A stretch of 64,000 nucleotides of DNA from Eledone cirrhosa (taxonomy: Eukaryota). Both the position numbers and the translations under genes were made by a program. The notes beneath the pieces were generated by a model. It saw only the letters and a list, made by a program, of their open reading frames with translations. It was not told the DNA's origin and searched no databases. The stretch is taken from positions 192,014,001 to 192,078,000 of the forward strand of contig OZ024741.1 in NCBI GenBank assembly GCA_964016885.1, read 5' to 3'. Position 1 is the first letter of the stretch. Every line of letters begins with the position of its first letter. This document shows, piece by piece, positions 23,969 through 35,714 of the stretch.

Positions 23969-26670
23969 CTTATCAATAAAGGACTACATCTGCAACTACT
24001 TTGCATTTTCCTATTCTAAATATACTCCATCATTACTATGTGAAAAAAGTTCTTTAGAGTACTTGAATTGAATTGCATCAATATTTACCGTAAGTATGTA
24101 ATATATGTGTGTATATATATATATATAAAGGAAAAGAATGACTTCACTTGTAGTTCTAAATAATTTAATTCTATAATATTATAATTTTACAATTTGGTTC
24201 TGTAGATCTAGTAAGTTCTTTGTTAACTTTGGTGGGGAGATTTTTAAAGATTCCTGATTAACTTTCCTGGAGAACTTTCTCGCATTCATCTGTGGCGATT
24301 GTCAAACTGATCTGAGGTTGTGTTGTGATGTGTGACTCTATATATAAGAGATTTGTGTGTGTCAGGATGCCAGCTAACAGAATATTTCACTACAACTGAA
24401 ATACTGCTACCTCAAATGGGAATTATTTTTTAGGACAAGGTGCCTCCCACCAAATGAAGAAAAAAAGAAAAAAACACCACCCTTCAAGTGGCACTCGACG
24501 AGAAAACCCCAAAGGAACCAAAAATAATCAACATATTGGCCAAGAAACTAACACAACTGGAAATCAAACTGCTAGAAAATGGACTGAAGTTCAAACCCAC
24601 TCCGAAAGCAGATCAAGCCGACCTTATAAAAGACACAGAAGATTTTTGTCAAAAATTATGTCTAGGAGAATTCTTCCAGGGTGTAGAATACGAGGAATCA
24701 CTAGTGAAAAACAAAAAGAACTTCAAACCCCCATTAAATAGAGACAAACACCTGGAAGAATACATAACCTGCCTACGACGATCAGCACAGTCAAATATTG
24801 CAGAGACGAAACACAAACACAACATCCCTACAGACCAACTGCTAACACTAAACAAACTACAAAAAGACTCCTCAATAATCATAAAAGAAGTGGACAAAGG
24901 TGGGGCAATCATCATCATGGACAAAAACCACTACAAGGGTATGGTCCTAGAACAGTTGAATGACGAGGGATTTTACAGGAAAATCAGCAAAAGTGAAGAA
25001 AGAAAATTGATGATTCAAGTAGGCAAATTGATGACAAAGTACCAAAACAACCTCACGCTAAAGGAAATCAATTACTTAACCAACTTCAAAATGAAAACCA
25101 GCAATTTTTATGGTTTACCGAAAGTTCACAAATCCAGATAAATTTAAATCAACATGAAAGGCAAAAATACATCATATGTTGAAGTACCAAAACTGACAGA
25201 TTTAAAATTACACCCAATTGTTGCTGGTCCAGCCTCAAGCACACAATGTCTAAGCAACCTATTAGACATACTGAAACCCTTATATAAAAAAGTGCCAAGC
25301 TTCATCAGAGATGATATGGAATTTCTGAACTATATCTCCCAGAAAGTACACCAAGAAACAATCTTAGTCAGCTTTGACGTAACAAGCTTATATACTAACA
25401 TCACACATGACTTGGGAGTTGAAGCTGTTGACTTCTGGATTACAAAACACCCAGACTACATTTCAGAGACATTCCTCAAAAAGTTTATTTTTGAAGGACT
25501 CAAATTAGTATTGGAGAACAACCACTTCCTCTTTGATAACAAACTGTATTTACAAATAAAAGGAACGGCTATGGGCACCGAAGTGGCCCCAACATATGCA
25601 ACACTCATTATGGATCACCTAGAGGTAAAATTATTCCCAACTGCAGGAAACATTCAATAATGACTTCACCACCTACATTAATCACAACTGGAAATGTTAC
25701 CTAGACGACTGTTTCATCTTCTGGAATAGAAGCCAAGAAGACCTGCAAAGATTCCATTCCATCATAAACAGTCTTCATGAAGAAATAAAATTTACCATGG
25801 AATGTAATAAAAAGGAACTACTGTTTCTGGATATCCTTATCATTAAGGAAGGGGAAAATATCAAAACAGACCTATTTTACAAACAAACAGACACACACCA
25901 ATACTTGAATTTCCAATCAGCACACCCTCACATACCAAAAAGAACATTCCCTTTAACATGGCAAAACGCATTTGCACCATAGTAACACACCCTACACTAC
26001 AGGAAAAAAGATTATATGAACTAAAAGAGTTCCTTAAAAGACAGGAATATCCGGTGAACCTCATCAATACGGCCATCTCCACAGTTATCAGTTATCCCTT
26101 TTGTCATCACTCACAATCCAAGGAACTTCAACATTGTGAAAGCCGCTAAACAACATCTCCCAATTCTCCAGCAGTCCCCCAAAATGAATGCACTCATAAA
26201 AGACTCACAAATAATATATAGTAGATGCCAACCACCCAACCTAAAAAAACTGCTTACCAAGACAAAATTTACGCCTGATAATGAAACAATGCAAGTTAAA
26301 AAATGCGGGGACCCTCGATGCAGAACTTGTGAATACATTGAAGAGGGTGGGCAAATCTCCTTTAAAAACAATCAGATTTTCAAAGTTAATGCAAACATGA
26401 TTGCAAAACCAAAAACTTAATGTGGGTATGGTGTGGAGTGTGGTGGCCGGAGGGAGTGCTCGACCGGAAGGGGTTTTTGGCCGGAAGGATGCTCGACCGG
26501 AAGGGCCAGCAGAGAGCCTCTCTCTGGTGGTGACCAGCACACGGTGTGGACGCGAGTTTTGGGCAGCTCCCGGTGTTAAGCAGTCGGACGCACGTGGAAG
26601 AGGAGTACCTGCAGTGGAATTTAGCGGCGCCTGTGAAAAGCGGTAAGTGAGATAGCTTTTTCTAACCACA

Positions 26671-26682
26671 AGCTATTTCGGC
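26671..26682 (+). promoter_or_regulatory. Candidate primer-binding site complementary to tRNA-Phe nt 1-12
   Basis: AGCTATTTCGGC directly after the 5' LTR is the reverse complement of GCCGAAATAGCT, the recalled 5' end of animal tRNA-Phe(GAA). Confidence 0.65.
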
Positions 26683-26687
26683 GACTG

Positions 26688-26718
<31 letters not shown>

Positions 26719-26742
26719 ACTTGCGGCAAAACAAATCAGAAG

Positions 26743-29700
26743 ATGGCGACAAGACTACGGATGAACGAAGCTATCAGGGCATTCACCGGGGAAGGTGATG
26801 TTGTCGCTTGGCTGCGGAAAGTTCGGCTGGTCGCAAGCTTGCAGAAGATAGAAGACGTGGCCGGCCTCATAGCATTGTACCTCGAGGGCGATGCACTGGT
26901 ACTCTTCCTTGAGTTGGATGAGCACAGCCAAAGAGATGTGCAGAAGATTGAGAGGCGTCTGATGGATGCATTCGCCGAGGGACCGTTGGCGGCTTTTGCT
27001 AAGCTGGCGAGAATCAGGTGGAATGGTGAGCGCGTCGACATTTTCGCAGCGGAAATAAGGCGGTTGGCTATGTTGGCCGGTTACCAGGCGGAATGCGAAC
27101 GCACGGTGCGGTTGGCGTTCATCAATGGATTTCCGGACGACATAGCGGTGAAACTGCAGCAAGTCCCGGGGTATAAAGAGATGGAAATGCGTTCACTGGT
27201 GGAACAAGCCCGGATCATAGCGGAAGATGCCAAAAAGAGTGTTGCGGCGATAGCGACTACGGAGGCTCAGGACACCCGGCAGCGAAATGGTGAAAGGGAG
27301 GCAACCTCGGCACGCGGCCGTCCGCGTGAGTTTAGGGGGCGCTGTTTTAGGTGCCAGGGCCTGCATATGGCTAGAGACTGTAGAGAGTCGAAGCCGGAGA
27401 TAATTTGCTACCGGTGTAAGCGACCAGGCCACATCGCTACTAACTGCGACCAGGGAAACTACTGCGCCGGTAGTTGCCCCTTACGAGTAGCGGCGCTGCC
27501 CGTGGTGGAAGTCTTCGTGAGGGGGAAGCCACAGCGAGCCCTCGTGGATACGGGCTGTACGACGACACTGGTGACCGCAGGGGTGGCGCAAAGGTGGGGA
27601 GGGAAGAGCAGCGTAAGGGCAGTCGACGGCAGGAAAATTGAATGCCGAGGTCGCAGCGAGATGGAAATAGCGGTACGGGGAAGGACGATAAGGCTTTCCG
27701 CCATCGTGGTAGACAGTGTGGTGGATGGGATCGGCGTGGTTATGGGCATGGACGCGATTGGCCGTCTAGGGGGCGTCACGGTGAACAATGTCGGTGTGTC
27801 GTTTGGCGCCGCTGCATCGGTATGCGCTGTGAGTGCACGTCATGAGAACCAGAAGGCCCACGAGGAGGAATACCCCGCTTACACTGTACAGGACAAAGAC
27901 TTCAAGGCCGTGTTTGATGGGTAGCGATGGGTTGTTGAGTGGTACTGGAAGGGTGAACCACCAACACTGAAGACCAAAGTGGGCTGCTATCAACACACAT
28001 TGAAGGGAAACGCTAGGAGCGAGTTCGAGCGAGAAGTAGAGAGATGGATCGAAGAGGGCATACTGCTTCCCTGGAAGGAGGAGGTGAAGTGCGGAGTATT
28101 GCCGTTGAAGGCGGTGGTGCAACCCATGAAGAGCAAGGTGAGGCCGGCGCTGAACTATCGGGAGCTGAACGAGCACGTGTCATGCCACACGGGTGGCGAG
28201 GTCACGGATGTCTGTGGGGAAACCCTGCGTGAGTGGAGACGCATGACGGGGGGTTCAGCGATCGTGGATCTAAAGTCGGCTTACTTGCAGTTGTATATAG
28301 ATGAGAAGCTCTGGCGGTATCAGCTGGTCAGGTATAAGGGCCGGACATATTGCCTGACCAGGCTCGGTTTCGGGCTGAGCTCCGCACCGAAGATCATGGC
28401 GGCGGTCCTCAAGACCGCTCTGGGGAGGGCCGACAAGATAAAGAGGGCTACTAACTCCTATATTGATGACATCCTAGTGGACGAGTCGGTGGTGTCGACG
28501 GCGGAGGTCACGAGCCATTTGCGGAGGTATGGACTGACTGCGAAGCCATCAGAATCATTGGAGGGAGGAGCCGCGCTGGGACTTAGGCTACGGCGAGATA
28601 AGACGGGCGTTTTGGTGTTCCAGAGGGGAAACGAAGTTCCGGAACTGGGTCCAAGTATGAATAGGCGGGAGCTTTTCTCGGTGTGTGGAAAGCTGGTGGG
28701 TCACTACCCGATCGCTGGGTGGCTCCGGACGGCATGCAGCTATGTCAAGAGACGAGCGGGAGGGGTGACTTGGAGTGACAGAGTGGGAGAGAGAACGGTG
28801 GCCATGATGCAGGAGATCGTGGGGAGGGTGAAGGCCGACGACCCAGTGCGGGGACGCTGGTACGTTCCCAAATCACAGAGCGGGACCGTATGGTGCGATG
28901 CCAGCAGCATAGCGCTGGGTGTCACATTGGAGATAGGAGGTGTTGAGGTCGAGGATGCAGCCTGGCTTAGAAAGAAGGACGACTGCAGCCACATCAATGT
29001 GGTCGAGCTGGACGCGGTGTTGAGAGGGGTGTACCTCGCCCTGCGGTGAGGGGCGCGCACCATCGAGATACGCACCGACTCGGCTACTGTACTCGGATGG
29101 GTAAGATCAGTGCTCACCAGTGAGAAGAGAGTGCGAACAAGAGGCGCGGCGGAGATGCTGATAAAGCGCCGCCTGGGAACGTTAGGAGAGCTGGCCACCG
29201 AGTTCGACCTGAAGCTGAGCGTAGTGTTCGTGCCCTCAGAGAAAAATAGGGCGGACATCTTAACTAGAGTGAAGAAAGCCTGGATGGAAGCGCCGGAGGA
29301 GGTAGAGGATGAGATAGCTGCCGTGTGTCGGCTGACCGAGTTAGACTTGAAGGGGTTGCATGACATGCACCACATGGGGGTAGATAGGAGCCTGTTCCTA
29401 GCCAGGAGAATCGACTCGGACGTTAGCAGACACAGTGTTCGGGGGGTGGTTAGAGGCTGCGTCCGATGTCAGTCCATTGATCCCGCCCCGGGTGTACACG
29501 AAACGGGAAGCCTCCCGGTGGATCGCGACTGGAAGCGATTAGCGGTGGATGTGACGCACTACCGGCAGGGAACGTACCTCTCGATGGTCGACTGTGGACC
29601 AGGTCGAATGGCGATATGGAGGGAGATGAAGACTGGAACGGCCGAGGAAATCGTGCGGACGTTGAGAGAGGTGTTCTTGGAGCGGGGCCCTGTGGATGAA

Positions 29701-30477
29701 CTGCTGATGGACAACAGCGCAGCGTTCCGCTCGGAGGCACTGAGGGAGATGCTCGATGGATGGAAGGTGGACCGTTTCTTCAGAGCGGCGCACAGGCCGA
29801 GCGGGAATGGAATCGTGACGATCAAGGCAATGGCGGAGCGGGGCCATACCTCACCAATGGAGGCAGTGTTCTGGTACAATATGTCCCCTCGGGTTGGACA
29901 GGTCGAGGAATCGGTGCCACATAGAGCAGTATTCAAATACGAGTGGCGGCACCCGTGCACGCCACCACAACGGCCAGTGGGGAGAGAGAGTGCATTCGTG
30001 CAGGTGGGCGAAGAAGTCTGGGTTAAGCCCCCAGATGCACGTTGCACATCTCAATGGGGAAGGGGAACGGTGACAGCCGTAAATTCAAAGAACAATGTGT
30101 CCGTGGACGGGGTACCACGTCATGTCCTGGATGTAAGAAGAATCACTGTGTCGACGGACTCCGAGGAAGAGGAAACCCAAGATGAGGTGGAAACCCAGAG
30201 CTCTGCCCCAATACTACGAAGATCGCAACGAAGTCGTAGACCACCGACCTGGACAGCAGACTTCATATGCAGAGGGACGAGGGGGAAATTGATCCTTGAG
30301 ATCAGGGGTGCGTGTGGGTATGGTGTGGCGTGCGGTGGCCGGAGGCGGGGGGAGTGCTCGACCGGAAGGGGTTTTTGGCCGGAAGGATGCTCGACCGGAA
30401 GGGCCAGCAGAGGGCCTCTCTCTAGTGGTGACCAGCACACGGTGTGGACGCGAGTTTTGGGCAGCTCCCGGTGTTAA
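26743..30477 (+). pseudogene. gag-pol polyprotein in one frame with two internal stops (27922 TAG, 29047 TGA)
   Basis: two CCHC-type knuckles, protease LVDTG, RT DLKSAY/GFGL/YIDD, RNase H WCDAS..HIN..EL, integrase HHCC plus VD..MDN; the three ORFs share one frame. Confidence 0.92.
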
Positions 30478-32097
30478 GCAGTCGGACGCACGTGGAAGAG
30501 GAGTACCTGCAGTGGAATTTAGCGGCGCCTGTGAAAAGCGGTAAGTGAGATAGCTTTTTCTAGCCACACTTAATTTACTGTGCAACCAGCCCACAATGTA
30601 AAGTATACTACATTGGTGAAACTGGAATGGGTCTACGTGACAGAGTTTGTGTACATAAACAACAAATTAGAAACCCCTCTGTCAGAAACATCACATGCAG
30701 TGAACACTTCGCAGCATGCGGAAAGGGAAAATTCACAATCTTCCCCCTTTTTAAGATATGGTCGGACAACGAACATTTCCGGAAATATAAAGGATTCTTT
30801 ATTAGAAAGTACAAACCACTACTGAACACAAAAAAATGATATTCCATCTTCAAATAACAGGATTCTCTCCCTTTTTAAAAAAAAAAAAAATTGCATATTG
30901 AAAAAAGAAAAATATCCAAATAGAAGTGGATGACACCCGTACTTTCAAACATTCAATCGGTGAATAGAACAAACCTCGGAGGTACACTACCATTTCACTA
31001 ACCCCCTCCCCCCAATGTACATGTGAATTTAAATACTTGAGTAGATGATGTGTATATATGTGTGTAGATGTATATGTATGTATGTCTGTAATTGTACAAG
31101 TATGTGTATGCATATGTATGCATGTATGTGTGTATATATATATATATATACGCATATATGTGTGGATGTGTGTATGTATGTGCATATATATGTGTGTATA
31201 TGTATATATATATATGCGTGTGTATGTATGTATATGTATATGGGCTGTAAGTATGTTTACATGTAGGGAAGTGAATATATGAGCTAGCATGTTCCCCACC
31301 CTGCCACCCACCTCCCCTCCCAAACCAATATCAACAACATACATTTCTGACAAATATTCCCAAACTCTCCTTATTTTTCTCTTTGCTGTCATCCCATTCT
31401 TATCAAAAGACATGTATCTTACACCTCTAACCCCACCACCACCACCAGACGCACACCCAAATTCAACTTTAATATAGAAAATTGTTGAAGTTATTCTTTA
31501 TAAATTTAAGATAGTTGATTCAGCAGCAGCCGCCACTGGCGATAGTTCACAGGTGATGTGCGGCCACCTTTTTGAACAGAGGAATGACACTGGCAGTTTT
31601 CCACTGCTCTGGAGTAGCACTGTTGTTAAGACAGAATTGAAAGAGTGAAAGCTGGTGCAGAATTAAGTACCCACCACGTTTGAGAAGCAGGTACGTAACA
31701 CCATCAAGATGAGGAGAGGTATGGTTCCATTTATTCTTAAGGTGACGTCGCAGCATTGCAGGTGTAAATTCCATAGTTGTTATAGAATTTCATGTCAGGG
31801 GTGGTGGAGATGGTACATTTTGGTCTTCAACAGTGAAAATGCATGCATACCATTCAGCAATGAGTTTTGCTCATTCCTTGAGGTCGTCAGTAATCTGGCT
31901 TGTGTGGGGATTGCGAAGAGGACCAACTGGAAAGTGAGGCCTCTGCTTTGAATGTACATATTTCCAGAACACCTTACTGTTAGGGTTGGTTGCTATGTGC
32001 TGTTCAAATTCAAGCACTGCCTTTTTTTGTCCCCTGCTTGAGATGGTTGGATGATTTATTTTGCTTTTGTCTATTGTTTGGTAGTTATTATTACCTT

Positions 32098-32283
32098 TTG
32101 GCAGTATCGGTAGAGGGTCGGACGCTATGCTTTGACGTATAGAGTTACAGCCCTTGCCATTCTGAGTTCAAATCCCGCTGAGGTTAACTTTGCCTTTCAT
32201 CTTTACGGGGTCGATAAAATAAAGTACGAGTAATGCACTGGGTAATTGCTGGCCTTGTGCCAAAAAGTAGAAACAATTATTAC
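32098..32283 (+). mobile_element. tRNA-derived SINE; further copies near 37767-37960, 38480-38690, 43590-43995 (two in tandem) and 60515-60670
   Basis: A-box-like TGGCAGTATCGG, B-box GAGTTCAAATCC, core GCCTTTCATCCTT..GGTCGATAAAAT, (ATT)n tail. Confidence 0.85.
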
Positions 32284-34862
32284 CTTTTAGCACGATTGAC
32301 ACTTTAGGAAGATGGAGAGGTATAAGAAGTGTTCCAATGGTTCAAAAAGTATAGATCAGAAGGCGTAATTTTTTTTATACAAAAATAATTTATTCCTTTG
32401 ATTGTTTGGAACACATTACAAAATGTATGCAGCAAGATTTTCTGATTTATTCAGTTTGTATTCCCATTCAACATTACAATGTTCTTTCCTGGCAAGTCGG
32501 ATTGCTGCAGTCTCCCAAATTGCACTTTTGGGATGTTTTTTTCTGCTTACGTGGCACTGATGCTGCACATGCTGTCCATATTGAGTTCAGGATGTTCTGA
32601 AGTATAGTCGTAAAATTCAAGCCAGTTTGGGCGTTATAGCTCAGTGCAATAAGAGTTCCAGTCTGCTTTATTCCAGTCAAAGCGAGCAGTTTGGAAATGG
32701 TTGTGGTATTTGTTATTGCCGATAAGAGACAGATTGGCAATGATCATAGCATGATCAGAGGCACCTAAAAGGTTCCTCAGTAGTAACACTAATAACCATT
32801 TCAGGACTAGTGGTAAAGAATAGATCCAGAGTGTTGTCACCTTTTGTTGGGGAGCTATTTGCATGGCATGTATCAATAAACTATCCATCTGTGATTTGGT
32901 TAAAGCAGACCAATCGTGGGTCGTGCATGGATATTTTCAATTTCCGCCCAAGCTCAAAGGTTTTCCCGCTTCTTTTGTTTATACTACACACTTGCTGCTT
33001 TTGACTCCGAGAAGTCAACACTTGCCATCATGTAACGGTGAAATTTCACTTTGGCCTGTCCGGCCTCATATCGGCCAGGCAGAGTGTCTTTCTTTGTTTT
33101 TAACATTTGCTTTGTTTGTTCCTTTTTATTTGGCATGCGATACTCAACCTTTGTAATCGGTTTGTAAATAAATTGTGTAAAAACATTGCAAGGTGTTTTA
33201 TGATGCTTTTACCACAGCCATCACCTGTGGATGTGATGTTGGAAAAATACTTTTCCCAAAGTTATCACTACAACAATAAATATACTTCTTTTGTGGCTAC
33301 AAAACTTACAACTGAACTTCATTTCGAAGTTACATTTTAATTATCAACTAACATTCACAACCAGTTAACATTGCCCTTTCACACATAATATACTGTTACA
33401 TTTCTTGCTATAACAATTAGTAAAACAACTCCTGTTGTACTATCATCTATAACATTAATCCTCTTATACCTTTAATGCCAACACAGCATTACTTATTCCT
33501 ATTATGTCAACACAACATAATATTATCTTATTGCTAAATTGGATTTAATAACTCTTATTCTTATTATGCCAAAATGGCATAATAAACTTTCTTATTAATA
33601 TTATGCCAACACGGCATAATATTACTTTAACTGCTATAAGGTGACTAGTTTGAGTCCAGTACTAGCTCAAGGAAATCCATTTGCACTTTGCGGCCAACGA
33701 AAGGTTTCTCAATCAATCTCAGGGTGATTGAAGTCTCCTGCAATAAAAACATAAGTGGCTGTTTTCCTGGCAGTAACTCTCAGGATATCTCAAAGCTGTC
33801 TGTCCTGATGGTAATTTGGGGAGCGATAAACAACTCCAAGTAGAAGTATTGACATCGTCATATGTATATTACAGAAAAATACTTCTTGTTGTGATTGGTT
33901 CAACTCAACGCAAGGAATTGCTGAAAAGTTTGAATGAACACAGACCACACCACCATGATTGTGGACTTTGCAAAACAAGTTGTAGCCAGCTATGCTGAAA
34001 ACCCTATCAGAGAGCAAGGAATGTGCCCTTATTTCCGTGACTGTAAGGAAATCAGGTTCGATACTTTTGACGTAAGAATCAAAAAGATGTATCTTGTTGC
34101 ATAGACTATGAGCATTTAAGAACTACAATTTGTACCTTGATTTCAGTTTATGATGATGTGCAGGGATGGCACATTGTTCTGATTTAGTTTCCCAGTATTT
34201 TCAGTTTTTTCATTGCCAGCTATTTTGGGTAGTGTGTTCAGACCAGCTGGTACCTCTTTTCCATGTTTAACCAGCCTTAATAAACTTCCATATCTGCCCA
34301 TCATCACGTAGGCTGAAGCTTTCATGTTGTGCTGAGTTGCAATTTAAGGAAGCTACAGCATGTAGCTTTGGACGTACATTAGGTGGTAGGCCAGAACGTG
34401 TTCGGAAGGTAATCCGATTTTCACGCACGCCCAGCTTTATCAGAGTAGAGTTTGAAAAAAACAGCTTAATTAGTCTGAATTTCGGACTAGGTTGGCCAAG
34501 GTGGAGAGCACCCTTCGGGGGAGCACAGCCTAGGTCTTTGGATGAGCTGGCAGCAAATGCCTGAAGATCAGGTATGTCCACTGATACACCAATGGCAATT
34601 ACTTCGTGGGTTACAGATTCAGTGGCTTTCTCAATGCGTTTAGATTCAGCAAGAGCTATGGGGAGATTTTTTAGCAAGGCACTCTGGTAAGATCCCTCAT
34701 TGTGAGGTTCTACATGAACGCTTGATTTGATTCCTGCTAGATCTCGGCTTAAAGCAGAAATCATTTGTCGTATTTACACAAACTCTGTATCGGTGGTTGA
34801 TTTTTGTTGTTGTTCTTCTTCTTCAACAGGAATGGAAGGGGAAGACACAGTTGTCGGTTGTT

Positions 34863-35062
34863 NNNNNNNNNNNNNNNNNNNNNNNNNNNNNNNNNNNNNN
34901 NNNNNNNNNNNNNNNNNNNNNNNNNNNNNNNNNNNNNNNNNNNNNNNNNNNNNNNNNNNNNNNNNNNNNNNNNNNNNNNNNNNNNNNNNNNNNNNNNNNN
35001 NNNNNNNNNNNNNNNNNNNNNNNNNNNNNNNNNNNNNNNNNNNNNNNNNNNNNNNNNNNNNN
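34863..35062. other. Assembly gap (200 N) inside the tandemly repeated ORF1 segment
   Basis: N run. Confidence 1.
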
Positions 35063-35584
35063 AGGAAGACATGGGTTGCTGTTGTTGATGATGTCCTTCG
35101 ACAGGAGTGGTAGTGGAAGCTACGGTCGTCAGTTTTTGCCATTGTTGAGCTACAATGGTAGAGGAAGACACGGTCGTCGGTTTTTGTTGTTGTTGTTCAA
35201 CAGCAATAGTAGAAGCAGACACACAGGCTAGGCACTGAAAGGACCAATTTGGTAGCTGGACCATTTCCCATAGAAATATGGTGTCTCTTTTTCTGACCTG
35301 GGATCTTTCGAAAGTTTGTGGCACATTGAAGGCAAACAGAAACACAACCTGAGTTCAGTTAGACAATTGCCACCGACAAATGCGAGAAAGTTCTCCAGGA
35401 AAGTTAACCAGGAATCTTTAAAAAATGTCCCCACCGAAGTTAACAAAGAACTTACTAGATCTACAAAACCAAATTGTAAAATTATAATATTATAAAATGA
35501 AATTAAATTGTTTAGAACTACAAGTGAAGTCATCCTTTTCCTTTTTTTAAATATACCTAACTGTACCAAGGATTTCACACATTT

Positions 35585-35643
<59 letters not shown>

Positions 35644-35714
35644 TATAGATGTATGCATGTGTGCGAATTATTTGAAGGAATTATCTGTAAAAATAAACCT
35701 TTCTGAAATCTTAC

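Larger units (their letters stand above)
22642..24017. repeat. Palindromic hammerhead-bearing element split by an RTE insertion
   Basis: left arm 22642-22781 plus 23738-23804; right arm 23822-24017. Confidence 0.85.
26421..30568 (+). mobile_element. Full-length compact LTR retrotransposon (gag-PR-RT-RH-IN, Gypsy-like domain order), 5-bp TSD CTTAA
   Basis: LTRs 26421-26670 and 30313-30568 (TGTGG..CCACA); TSD 26416-26420 / 30569-30573. Confidence 0.96.
24454..30839 (+). mobile_element. Penelope-like element (RT, CX4CXXC knuckle, GIY-YIG) split by an LTR element
   Basis: GLKFKPTP, DKGG, FYGLPKVHK, SFDVTSLYT, GTAMGT, YLDD, KCGDPRCRTC; removing the LTR insert restores KNLIYC...YYIGETG. Confidence 0.92.
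31510..35545 (-). mobile_element. CR1/L2-like LINE (5' UTR, ORF1, APE, start of RT), 3'-truncated, with SINE and other insertions
   Basis: ORF1 34267..35345; APE motifs LNAHSL, VVYRSP, AGDFN, LDL..SDH; RT-proximal WKTASVIPLFKK. Confidence 0.78.

Noticed and set aside
26241-26669. Antisense ORFs over the LTRs (also 30214..30594)
   Set aside because: Stop-poor GC-rich LTR sequence with no recognisable domain.
29047-29049. In-frame TGA as selenocysteine or programmed readthrough
   Set aside because: It falls where Trp (TGG) is expected (LALRW), and a second stop and an integrase deletion show ordinary decay.
32098-32190. tRNA gene
   Set aside because: A and B boxes are present but there is no cloverleaf; it is the head of a multi-copy SINE.
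34727-35231. ORFs spanning the X run
   Set aside because: Artefacts of the 200-N assembly gap.
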